From contig NC_090348.1 in the NCBI RefSeq assembly GCF_035084215.1, positions 17,794,001 through 17,858,000 of the forward strand: a stretch of 64,000 bases of DNA, given 5' to 3'. The position numbers and the translations under genes were made by a program. Positions 24,652 through 36,623 of the stretch are shown piece by piece. Position 1 is the stretch's first letter; every line of letters begins with the position of its first letter. The stretch comes from Heptranchias perlo. Taxonomy: Eukaryota. The notes under the pieces were generated by a model that saw nothing but the letters and a program-made list of their open reading frames with translations, had not been told where the DNA came from and searched no databases.

Positions 24652-26440
24652 AAGGATCAACAAGGTCATCTATGTGCGGAACCACAAGAGATGGGTGAGA
24701 TCCTGAATGAATATTTCACATCGGTATTTACGGTTGAGAAAGGCATGGATGTTAGTCAACTTGGGGAAATAAATAGTGATGTCTTGAGGAGTGTACATAT
24801 TACAGAGAGGGAGGTGCTGGAAGTCTTAACGCGCATCAAGGTAGATAAATCTCCGGGACCTGATGAAATGTATCACAGGACGTTATGGGAGGTTAGGGAG
24901 GAAATTGCGGGTCCCCTAGCAGAGATATTTGAATCATCCACCGCTACAGGTGAGGTGCCTGAAGATTGGAGGGTAGCAAATGTTGTGCCTTTGTTTAAGA
25001 AGGGCGGCAGTGAAAAGCCTGGGAACTGCAGACCGGTGAGCCTGCCATCTGTAGTGGGTAAGATGTTAGAAGGGTGGTGAGTGTTTTTTTTAAATTCGTT
25101 CACGGGATGTGGGCGTCGCTGGCAAGGCCGGCATTTATTGCCCATCCCTAATTGCCCTCGAGAAGGTGGTGGTGAGCCGCCTTCTTGAACCGCTGCAGTC
25201 CGTGTGGTGACGGTTCTCCCACAGTGCTGTTAGGAAGGGAGTTCCAGGATTTTGACCCAGCGACAATGAAGGAACGGCGATATATTTCCAAGTCGGGATG
25301 GTGTGTGACTTGGAGGGGAACGTGCAGGTGGTGTTGTTCCCATGCGCCTGCTGCCCTTGTCCTTCTAGGTGGTAGAGGTCGCGGGTTTGGGAGGTTCTGT
25401 CGAAGAAGCCTTGGCGAGTTGCTGCAGTGCATCCTGTGGATGGTGCACACTGCAGCCACAGTGCGCCGGTGGTGAAAGGAGTGAATGTTTAGGGTGGTGG
25501 ATGGGGTGCCAATCAAGCGGGCTGCTTTATCTTGGATGGTGTCGAGCTTCTTGAGTGTTGTTGGAGCTGCACTCATCCAGGCAAGTGGAGAGTATTCCAT
25601 CACACTCCTGACTTGTGCCTTGTCGATGGTGGAAAGGCTTTGGGGAGTCAGGAGGTGAGTCACTCGCCGCAGAATACCCAGCCTCTGACCTGCTCTCGTA
25701 GCCACAGTATTTATATGGCTGGTCCAGTTAAGTTTCTGGTCAATGGTGACCCCCAGGATGTTGATGGTGGGGGATTCGGCGATGGTAATGCCGTTGAATG
25801 TCAAGGGGAGGTGGTTAGACTCTCTCTTGTTGGAGATGGTCATTGCCTGGCACTTATCTGGCGCGAATGTTACTTGCCACTTATGAGCCCAAGCCTGGAT
25901 GTTGTCCAGGTCTTGCTGCATGCAGGCTCGGACTGCTTCATTATCTGAGGGGTTGCGAATGGAACTGAACACTGTGCAGTCATCAGCGCACATCCCCATT
26001 TCTGACCTTATGATGGAGGGAAGGTCATTGATGAAGCAGCTGAAGATGGTTGGGCCTAGGACACTGCCCTGAGGAACTCCTGCAGCAATGCCCTGGGGCT
26101 GAGATGATTGGCCTCCAACAGCCACTATCATCTTCCTTTGTGCTAGGTATGACTCCAGCCACTGGAGAGTTTTCCCCCTGATTCCCATTGACTTCAATTT
26201 TACTGGGGCTCCTTGGTGCCATACTCGGTCAAGCTGGAACGAGCTGCCAGAGGCAGTAGTAGAGGCGGGTACAATTTTGTCTTTTTAAAAGCATTTGGAC
26301 AGTTACATGGGTAAGATGGGTATAGAGGGATATGGGCCAAGTGCAGGAAATTGGGACTAGCTTAGTGGTATAAACTGGGCGACATGGACATGTTGGGCCG
26401 AAGGGCCTGTTTCCATGTTGTAACTTCTATGATTCTATGA
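24652..26440 (+). mobile_element. CR1 LINE whose central RT region is replaced by an inverted family-B LINE
   Basis: ORF2 at 24691-25071 (VDKSPGPD...CRPVSLPSVVGKMLE) and 3' end at 26233-26440 (WNELPE..., tail ttctatgattctatga). Confidence 0.88.
25084..26232 (-). mobile_element. LINE family B, 5'-truncated, open 349-aa RT frame
   Basis: GVPQGSVLGPTIFSCFINDL, CADDCTV (FADD altered); poly(T) at 25084. Confidence 0.95.
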
Positions 26441-27553
26441 TTTGACCGAGTGTGGCACCAAGGAGCCCTAGTAAAATTGAAGTCAATGGGAATCAGGGGG
26501 AAAGCTCTCTAGTGGCTGGAGTCATACCTAGCACAAATGAAGATGGTAGTGGTTGTTGGAGGCCAATAATCTCAGCCCCAGGGCATTGCTGCAGGAGTTC
26601 CTCAGTGCAGTGTCCTAGGCCCAACCATCTTCAGCTGCTTCATCAATGACCTTCCCTCCATCATAAGGTCAGAAATGAGGGTGTTCGCTGATGATTGCAC
26701 AGTGTTAAGTTCTATTCGCAACCTCTCAAATAATGAAGCAGTCCGTGCTCGCATGCAGCAAGACCTGGACAACATCCAGGCTTGGGCTCATAAGTGGCAA
26801 GTAACATTCGCATCAGACAAGGGCCGGGCAATGACCATCTTCAACAAGAGAGAGTCTAACCACCTCCCCTTGACATTCAATGGCATTACCATCGCCGAAT
26901 CCCCCACCATCAACATCCTGGGGGGTCACCATTGACCAGAAACTTAACTGGACCAGCCACATAAATACTGTGGCTACAAGAGCAGGTCAGAGGCTGGGTA
27001 TTCTACGGCGGGTGACCCACCTCCTGACTCCCCAAAGCCTTTCCGCCATCTACAAGGCACAAGGCAGGAGTGTGATGGAATACTCTCCACTTGCCTGGAT
27101 GAGTGCAGCTCCAACAACACTCAAGAAGCTCAACACCATCCAGGACAAAGCAGCCCGCTTGATTGGCACTCCATCCACCACCCTAAACATTCACTCCCTT
27201 CACCACCAGCGCACTGTGGCTGCAGTGTGTACCATCTACAGGATGCATTGCAGCAACTCGCCAAGGCTTCTTTGACAGCACCTCCCAAACCCGTGACCTC
27301 TACCACCTAGAAGGACAAGGGCAGCAGGCACATGGGAACAACACCACCTTGGAAATATATCGCTGTTCCTTCATTATCACTGGGTCAAAATCCTAGAACT
27401 CCCTACCCAACAGCACTGTGGGAGAACCTTCACCACACGGACTGCAGTGGTTGAAGAAGGTGGCTCACCACCACCTTCTCAAGGGCAATTAGGGATGGGC
27501 AATAAATGCTGGCCTCGCCAGCGACACCCACATCCCATGAACGAATAAAAAAA
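26441..27553 (+). mobile_element. LINE family B, 5'-truncated (its first 18 nt lie at 24634-24651)
   Basis: Starts tttgaccgagtgtggcacc (FDRVWH); FADDCTV; ends acgaataaaaaaa. Confidence 0.95.
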
Positions 27554-27639
27554 TGGAATTGTTTTCTTACTGTCGTACTTCACTGGAATGCTTAAAAATG
27601 AATAAAAACATTGTGCAATGATATAAAACTTTTCAACCA

Positions 27640-28070
27640 GATAGACTGGAGAAGCTGGGGTTGTTCTCCTTAGAGCAGAGAAGGTTGAGAGGAAATTTAA
27701 GAGGTATTCAAAATCATGAGGGGTCTAGACTGTGGATAGAGAGAAACTGTTCCTATTGGTGGAAGGGTCGAGAGCCAGAGGGCACAGATTTAAGGCGATT
27801 GGCAAAAGAACCAAAGGCGACATGAGGAAAAACTTTTTCACGCAGCGAGTGGTTATGATCTGGAATGCACTCCCTGAAAGTGTGGAGGAGGCAGATTCAA
27901 TTGTTGCTTTCAAAAGGAAATTGGATAAATACTTGAAAGAAAAAAATTTGCATGGCTATGGGGAAAGGGCGGGGGAGTTGGACTAGCTGTATTGCTGTTG
28001 CAGAGAGCTGGCACGGACTCGATGGGCCAAATGGTCTCCTCCTGTGCTGTAACCAGCCTATGATCCTAAC
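27640..28070 (+). mobile_element. CR1 3' fragment
   Basis: ARGHRFKAIGKRTKGDMRKNFFTQRVVMIWNALP followed by a 3' hairpin and tail. Confidence 0.9.
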
Positions 28071-28533
28071 CAGCCCCCAAGAGAGGAATCTGATTGTCAT
28101 ACACCCTTTGTAAAAAAAAAAACAAATTGTTACGAAGAATTGTGGCTCGCGTTCTTTTCCCTCCATCTCTTCCAATTTCTTCTTGTCCCCGCCCCCTCTC
28201 CTAAAGAGCATTGACTCTTTGCTGGGGTGCGGTTCCAGGTGTGTCAGGAGTCAAAGATTCAAATACTAAGGATTGATTATGGCAGACACTCAATATAAAT
28301 ATGAGTTATGAGTGCTGATCACACTGGGAGATAGTGGCAAGGTAAAGTTACTGAGTCCAACTATGTGGATTTGAATTAGCAAATACTGGTGACACGATGG
28401 GCTCAGTGAATTAGTGATGGTAGATGCTTTTGTGTGGGTTTGGAGAGAGCAACCTGCATGCACTGCTCTTTCCCTCTTATACATGTGAGTAATTTGTTTA
28501 AGGTTCGGTCTCTTGCACAAAAGTGGCTGGAGG

Positions 28534-29092
28534 TGTTCTGTTCCAAAGTATAAAGGTTTAATTAAGAAGCTACAATACAAGAAGTAAAGGTGTTAAAATA
28601 CAGTAGTACAATTATAGCATACTAAATAAGACGTTGAGAAAAAACCTGACAAATCTTAATATCGACAAGGTTCTGAGGTGATCATCTCGAATGCCTTGTG
28701 ATAACACTTGAGCAGTCCAGCCTCGCTCCGAGAAACGTTCTAACATCTATGCTTTACGTCTAGCCTTGTATACCTTAAACACCCATTAGTTCTTACAGGA
28801 CCTTGAGGCTGTTTTGGGCCCGTATGTCAATCAATTTCACTGTCTCCCAAGCCAAGCAGACATCTGTTGACTCCTGTACATCCCACAAGACCGAAACAGA
28901 CAACTAACGGTTTCCATCCCATGATCCTGTAAACATGAGATAATAAGTGGAGACTTATTATGTTTCATTACGTAGACTCATGGAGGACGCACTATTATAA
29001 CCAGATTTAAGCAAATCATAAGCAGATTTAAGCAATCTTTAGCTGTAGGTTGACAATATTCAGTATGAAGCCTGTAAATTGTTTTTCTTACA
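28534..29092 (-). repeat. LTR, left copy (3' LTR if the element is on the minus strand)
   Basis: tgttctgttcc...tttttcttaca; about 13 differences from the copy at 34160. Confidence 0.88.
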
Positions 29093-32000
29093 TATCCCAA
29101 GTGTTCAGCCTGAGGGGTATCCCCCTTAGGCTCACATGTTCACCCCAACCTTAGCTTACGGCTCGGTAGTGCAAGACATCCATTTGCAAGTAGCTTTTTA
29201 TACATTGAGGATATTACACAAAGCTTTACATTCCCACCATGTATGCTCTTTTAGCTGTCCTATATCCTTTGCTGTGGCCGCATTTCATTGTTGTCGGTCA
29301 CTTTGGCGCTCTGATGACACCATCTGGTTAAGTATAGTTTTAAGACTCAGTGATAATGGTGGAATCAGATGTCCAAACGGTATAATCGCCTTCTCTGCTT
29401 TCTCCCTTAATCCGATTTCCACCTGAATTTCCGTAGCATTATGAACATTTATTGGGATCAGGACCGAGCTTGAAATGACGATAATCAAAACCCAATGTTG
29501 TTACACAGTAACAACCTCTTCCCATGTATCCATGTCTTGCTTGTCCCCATTTTCATCTTTGAATACTAACAGTACAGTTAGGGGAATGCTCATCTAGGAT
29601 GAAACCACAAGCCAGAACACTGTTCTGGGTGACATCAAACCGACACATCCACGTGCCCTTGATCAGAGTACAGCAAGGTAAATCTCATGCCACCCAGGTT
29701 TCATCATTCTTTGCAAATATCTTTGGATAGTTAACCAATTCCTTATGTACGTTGTCGTAGCCGCATACATGCATTTGTCTCAATGGCTGCTTGTCTATCT
29801 GTCTGTCTCTATCTATCTTCCATGCTGTGCATCTCAAAATTTGTTATTGACATTACTTGACCCCCTTATCAGATATGCCCACGGTCTACACATTCTCAAC
29901 GTCGCCCTTATCTCGGAACCTGTAACATAAGTAGCTTTCAGCATCACCTCGCTTAGCCTGTTGTTCTGCACTCTGGATGGTTTTAACTTGGCTATTTCAT
30001 GATCCTTAGCTACAGTCCTACAATTCCTAGCTATCTTATGTTTATAAGCATGTGCTGTTTATATATTAAGATGCCTTACCTAAACATTTATATGTTAAGA
30101 ACACCTAATCTAACATAAGTTTTATATGCCAAAGGAACTAGTTCCTGACCCCTCAACCTTTAATCAAGACAGTCAATTCCAAGTTCTGGTTTTCTGTGAC
30201 AGTCTCTCAATTAATTGTTTGAATTAGCACACTGTACCAATTAGAGTTATGAGGACAATTATCTGGGCTATGACAAAACTCATTGGTCAGCACCCATGAG
30301 CTAGAATAATATTAATGTTGTAAACCATCTCCCACCACACATGATTCCTAAGGGTAGCTGTCCCCTTTGTAATTGTCAGCATTACGTTGTTTCAGATGAA
30401 TGTTAGAGTTTCAATATTAGAGTTTTTAAACTACAGAAGTAATCCAAGAAAATGGTTTCCTTTACTACTTCTCAGTCTTAATCTCATGCATGGCCTTATC
30501 TAGGTCCTCATCTTGTTAGCATCGCATCCCTTTCTCGAGCCATTTGCCCTTTTAGCCTAAGTTTCATTTGGCTAGGATTATACATCATGATATAGACAAA
30601 GAAAATCATAATACATTGCACAGAACACTTAGTGTACCATGTTATCAAGAAATCATGGACTTAAAAGATTCTCCAGCTCTCTTTACCAATACCAATCTTG
30701 TGGATAATTCTTGCTAAGTATTATTCCTCCCCTGCCCTCAGTTGTCCCAATTTCATTGTTAGCTCAAAGGAAACCAACCGTGAATTTTGGAAATCCAAGT
30801 TCTATGTCCCTCTTTACTTTAATTCATCGGTTTCTGTATGGAGTATGTGTCAATGCCTTGATTAAAAGGTTTTCTCACTCCCCTGAGCCACATTAACCAC
30901 TTCATATCATGCTGTTGTCAAATAACTGAGCATGTCCGAGACCCGTTCTTCAGTGCATCTTCATCATTTAATTTGCACACACACCGGTATCCCAAGATCA
31001 TGCCACACTTATTATCAGATGCAAGCCATTCCTGGGCTTTCAGGTTACCTTATCAAAAGATCGGGGGGTGTCTGGAGGTCTTAGTTTATCTCTCCTTGCA
31101 TGGTCCCAATGTCTCGGGTAGTGGCCAGGCTATCAAATGCATTTTCTTATTGTTCAGTATAGGCAAGAACAGAAACATCTCCAAGAGAAAGCTATCAATT
31201 AACTACTCTCACTTACACTTTTGTGATTTTCACTAGAATTTACTCATGGGTGCACTCACACATCTTTCAGTCATCCAGGGCAATGAGCCTAGACCTCATT
31301 TGGTGGTGCACTTTCTTTGCTTCCATCCCACACCCTCAATCACTGCCTCTCATACAATATTACACATCCTATTACCATTTCATCTCATTCATGAGCCCTG
31401 GAGGAACTTTACTGTCCAATACAATGTTATCATTAACCCTTAAAACACAGACTAAACATTCCCAACTTGGTCCAAGTTATCAACACATTTTTGTTTATTT
31501 TATCTCTTCAAAATTATCCCAAATCCAGAGAGCAGTATTGTTGGTCTGACAGGACTTGTCAATGTTCAATTTTATTTCCCCCAAAAAACTTTCTTCCTTG
31601 ATACACGGCATTGGGCAGGAACCACTTAGACTGGACTTTTTTTAAAAACTAAAATTTGATTATCCCCATAAATTTCAGGTAAATTTTCCCTTCTTGAGTG
31701 CTTGAACAGTAATTCATATCAATTTATCTTATCAATTCCAATTTCAGAAATGAATTATGCTCAGGATTGGTGGTTGTACAGTAGAGACAGAAGTGCTAGT
31801 AATTACTTTTGGAGGTAACTCCCATACCTCTTCTCTTCCACCCCCCCCCCCCTCCAAGCACTGTGTCTCGGAAGATAACAAATTAACCTGAATGGGTTAA
31901 AGCCGAGCCTTTGAAATGCAAAATCTTAGTCCAAATTGTCACCATGCCACCATGCTGTGACATTTGATATCTGCCAATGTCTGCAGATAAGATCTTAAAT

Positions 32001-32629
32001 TCTTAACACCACTGGATCTCTTCTTGCACTAACACCTTTCCAGCAAAGGTTGCTCTTTAAAGGAGAAACAGAAAATCCATTGTGGCTCTGCTTGAGAACC
32101 CAAGGGGTTAATTTGTCAGTTCATGATTTTCTTCTGTCACCTTGGGGAAATATCCACTCAAATTCAGAAACTTTAAAATTTAGTAATGCCCAATATATGT
32201 ATATATTCAGCAATGCAAACATTGTTGCTTGGTGAATATATAAATATATTGGTAAATTAAGTCTGTGGAAGGGGTTAATTTCTTTGCAATAAAAAGACAG
32301 AGCCAGATATTTTCAGACTCACGCAGCTTGCATCACACAGCTTTCATGTAAATTAAAAAAAACTTTACCAAATGAAAAAGAACCAAACTCTATTTTACTT
32401 TTTTTTAAAAAAGTCTTTGTGTCATTAAAACTTGCACAAAGATCCTAATACAATTAGATTCTGAATAATATGGATAACAAGCAGAAATCATTAGTAACAT
32501 GACTATTAATTTTAAACAGATTCTGGTCAGGGAGGACAGCATTTCAGTTCATTCATCTCATTTTAAAAAGAGTAGGTTGTGCCTGGCCTTTTTATCTACA
32601 AATATTTCTGATTAAACTCCAATTGTTAA

Positions 32630-32849
32630 TGATGTGGAGATGCCGGTGATGGACTGGGGTTGACAATTGTAAACAATTTTACAACACCAAGTTATAGTCC
32701 AGCAATTTTATTTTAAATTCACAAGCTTTCGGAGGCTACCTCCTTCCTCAGTTTTCCACATCGTTCACCTGAGGAAGGAGGTAGCCTCCGAAAGCTTGTG
32801 AATTTAAAATAAAATTGCTGGACTATAACTTGGTGTTGTAAAATTGTTT
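32630..32849. mobile_element. Penelope-derived inverted pLTR pair (palindrome)
   Basis: Perfect 81-bp arms at 32671-32751 and 32769-32849 with a 17-nt spacer; homologous to 944-1069; flanked by direct repeat tccaattgttaa. Confidence 0.88.
32764..32802 (+). ncRNA. Minimal type I hammerhead ribozyme (Penelope pLTR)
   Basis: ttcac-CTGAGGA-a-GGAGG-tag-CCTCC-GAA-AGCT-T-gtgaa; stem II covaries with the copy at 944. Confidence 0.72.
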
Positions 32850-34159
32850 CCAATTGTTAAAGCATTTAGCATTTATTTAAGAGGTGTCCAAAATGTTATT
32901 GACTCTTAAAGTTAGTCCAACTACAAGACACCTCCAGATTGTTGTCATAGAGATAGCAGGAGATCCTTTAATCATTCATTTTTTTTCAGTCACTTTTTCC
33001 TGACCACAGTCAATCACAAGATCAAAGGCTGACAGCTATCACATTCCAGTACAACCAAGAAGATTAAACAAGCAGATTCACCTCAAATGTCCCAAAATTT
33101 TAACAACAGTATTCACGCTCTCTGATACTCAACACAACTCCAAACATGTCAATTGCACTCAACATTAACTCCTTATCTACTTCAAATTATTAAGCAATTA
33201 AGAAATTCAAAAATGCCAATTGATAATCTCATATTCGGAATTAGAGACTCCCACATAATTTACAATAACCAGAATTTCACCGTGGCCACAATAAAAGCCT
33301 GTATTTCACAGTTTAATAGGTTACTTCACCTCAATAACTCTAATTTAATTCAGATCAGTATCTTAAACACAACACAGAACAGATAAAATTACCAAAATAG
33401 CACGTGCCTTCAAATTTCTTTTTATTCTTTCTTCAGATGCCTTTCCAAATGACTGTTTAAAAAAAATACTGAATACTACTGAAGAAAAAGTTAGCCTTCA
33501 CAGCTAAGCAAAATCTTTGTAACGTTCTTACACAAAGGGGAAAAACACATAATAAGCATCGAAAGGGTGGGGGAGTGCCTAGCCAGCCACAGCGAAAAGC
33601 GAGCACTCTCACCGCCTTTTAAAGAGACAGTACGCTGAAAACAAAAGAACTTCTGTAGCTTGTAACTAGAAAAGGGACAGGCTCTCCCTCATTCTTCCAC
33701 GATTGTCGGCAGTCAGCAGTCCTCTATACCATATTGACTTTCCCCTTTTTAGTGGGACAGGAGCAGGAAATAAGTCCCTTTATTCCACATTTCCAACATT
33801 CTATTGCCCCATCTTGCCCTCAAATGATCCCCTCATCTTTCAACCTAACCTTCAGAACTTCAACTTCCTCACTCAATCTCCCTACCTCTTGTTGAAACAA
33901 CAAGATTCCCGCCTTCCAATCATCCTCTTTAATTTTCTTCTCTACTAGCGCCTTCATCTTGTCTTCGACCTCACACAACGTTTGACAGTTTTTAAACTAA
34001 TACAGCACAAGTTCCTAGTTTCTCATAGATTATACTTTTTTGTTTTAACCCCCAGAGTTCTTACTGGCTTTCCTCCCATTTTTCCACAACTATTAATCTC
34101 ATCTGCCATGGCTAAACACAAAAGAGTGTTTTGTGTAAGAGACCTAACCTTAAACAAGG

Positions 34160-34719
34160 TGTTCTGTTCCAAAGTTTAAAGGTTTTATTAAGAAGCTACA
34201 ATACAAGAAATAAAGATGTTAAAATACAGTAGTACAATTATAGCATACTAAATAAGACGTTGAGAAAAAACCTGACAAATCTTAATATTGACAAGGTTCT
34301 GAGGTGATCATCTCGAATGCCTTGTGATAACACTTGAGCAGTCCAGCCTCGCTCCGAGAAACGTTCTAACATCTATGCTTTACGTCTAGCCTTGTATACC
34401 TTAAACACCCATTAGTTCTTACAGGACCTTGAGGCTGTTTTGGGCCCGTATGTCAATCAATTTCACTGTCTCCCAAGCCAAGCAGACATCTGCTGACTCC
34501 TGTACATCCCACAAGACCGAAACAGACAACTAACGGTTTCCCATCCCATGATCCTGTAAACATGAGATAATAAGTGGAGACTTATTATGTTTCATTACGT
34601 AGACTCATGGAGGACGCACTATTATAACCAGATTTAAGCAAATCATAAGCAGATTTAAGCAATCTTTAGCTGTAGGTTGACCATATTCAATAGGAAGCCT
34701 GTAAACTGCTTTTCTTGCA
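34160..34719 (-). repeat. LTR, right copy (5' LTR if the element is on the minus strand)
   Basis: tgttctgttcc...ttttcttgca. Confidence 0.88.
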
Positions 34720-34929
34720 ATTCATTTCAGTCCGATGCCAATCTCTGGGCTCAACTGTGTAATGTAGAAATCTTCATCTTAAAAGTGCAGGCCTTTCAGG
34801 CCATCAGTTTTGAATCTGTTTCTAATTTAAATAATTACATTCGTTGGCATGGCAAGAATTATTGGTGAGGTGCCACAATGTACAGTGCTGGGGCACTGTC
34901 TGTGCGTGCGTGAGTGCTTCGGAGTTGGG

Positions 34930-35770
34930 TCAGAAACAAAACTGTCCAAGTTTGCAGATGGCACAATATTAGCGATGAAATAGGTAGGAGGGGTTTTCAA
35001 ACATGTGGCTCAGGCAACCTAACATCAAAGGGGCCTGGATGGGTTGGGAAGGTAGACTGATGAATGGCAGTTATTACTTTGTACTTCTCCACTCTAAATG
35101 CCAAGAAAAGGGAAGGAAATTAACAAATAAAATGTAAACATAATGGCTCTAGACTACAGGACACAACATAGGAGTGTGTACTGGGGGTATTGGTAGATAG
35201 CACAATGCAGACAGCAGCGTGGTGTGCGGCAACAGTAAGGAATGCTAGCTAGATCTTAGGATGTATAATCAGAGTGATAGAGCACTAATCTCAGGACTTG
35301 TTAATGATTCTGAACAAGGCACTGGTACGGCCACACATGGAGTACTGTGTACAATTCTGATAGCTGAACTACAGCCAGGATATATAGCCATTGGAAACAG
35401 TTTGATACCTAGTTTAAGGATCTTGGATATGAGGAGAGATTGATGAACCTATGATTGTTTAGTCTGGAGAAGAGAAGGCTCAGGGTGTATATTATTCAAA
35501 TGTTCAAGATTCTAAAGGAATCCGATAAATTGAACCCTGATAATTTGTTCCAGATTACTACTGTAGAGTCTGGGAGGAACGCAGACTCAAGCTTAGAAAA
35601 GAGAGGGTGCACGGACAGTTGGGGATTTAATTATTTTACGTAGAGGATATTGAACCTGTGGAATGGACCGCCTAGAGAGGCAGATAGTGTGGAAAAACTT
35701 AAGGAAGAATTGGATTGGTATTCGAGGGAGAGGGTGATTGAGAGGTATTTAGTTTTAGAGACTGGTTACA
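34930..35770 (+). mobile_element. Ancient CR1 fragment
   Basis: ccaagtttgcagatg (KFAD), ggtacggccacacatggagtactgtgtacaattc (VRPHMEYCVQF), FSLEKRRLR. Confidence 0.8.
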
Positions 35771-36623
35771 TGGACTTTCTGGTCCTATACTTTCCCATGG
35801 TCTTAAGGGACATCAAACCTGCTGAAAATGTAATTGCTGAGTCGGACTGTGGTCTCTGGCTAGACACGCAGATTTTATGGCTTGATATTCCATTCCATAG
35901 GCCATTGACCAGTTATTGTCAGAATTGAACTGGAGTCAGAATAGCCCAAATCAAGCCGTACTTCAGGTTTTTTTAACCATCAGTTTGTATGTGTGTTAAA
36001 GAATGCAGTTGTTGTCCACAGTCTTATAAACGCTGGGGGAATGGCTCTCCGTTGGCATGTAGGAAATGCTCGAAGGGCTGAATGAGCTTCTCGTGTTCCT
36101 ATGTTCCATGTTTATTTGGCAGAAGCCAGCAATCTTAAAACTGATGGCACATTTGTCGACGGGCATTTTGTGGGTCAGTGATGCCATCGGTTCCTTGAAC
36201 ATTGGGGCATTTACACTATGGAGTGCTGCTGAGTGAGGGAGGGCCAGGCATCTGCTATTGGCTGCATTCCTATAACATAAAAATGGTCCATATCCAATCA
36301 TGCTAATTCGACTAGCTCTCACCATGAGGCTAGGAAATTTCTTAGTCAATCAACCAGTTTCCCTGATGACAATCAGAATTCATTGTTTGTTTAAATAAAT
36401 AAGTGAAAGAAAACTATAAAGTTGATCATAGTTCTTTAAAAAGATTCCTTCTAACTGAATTTATTACACAGTCAATTATAAGTTAAAATATTATGATGTA
36501 CTGTTTGCCAGCATTTAACAACTGCTGGAAGTGTCCCTGGCCGAGAGTTTACAAAGTAAAATTACTTGATGTTTTTTAAATAAACTTTTTAAAGTAAAAG
36601 ATATGCGTCCTAATGTTTTGCAG

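Larger units (their letters stand above)
28534..34719 (-). mobile_element. LTR retroelement / degenerate endogenous retrovirus with two ~560-bp LTRs
   Basis: Direct repeats 28534-29092 and 34160-34719, both TG...CA; minus strand has TATACAAGG and AATAAA; ~5-kb internal region has no long ORF but shows env-like traces; no clear TSD, PBS or PPT. Confidence 0.78.

Noticed and set aside
17844-25948. Recurrent ORFs such as MNRC(N/S)PCG..., MDGVELLECCWS... and MAPRSPSKIEVNG... that look like a novel gene family
   Set aside because: They are antisense or alternative frames of the multicopy family-B LINE; recurrence reflects repeat homology.
29285-29488. Minus-strand 67-aa ORF as a retroviral dUTPase or accessory gene
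   Set aside because: No recognisable conserved motifs and too short to support a call.
32718-32760. Second hammerhead on the minus strand of the palindrome
   Set aside because: The core is present but the 5' strand of stem I is replaced (aaaa instead of tcac), so it is not called as a ribozyme.
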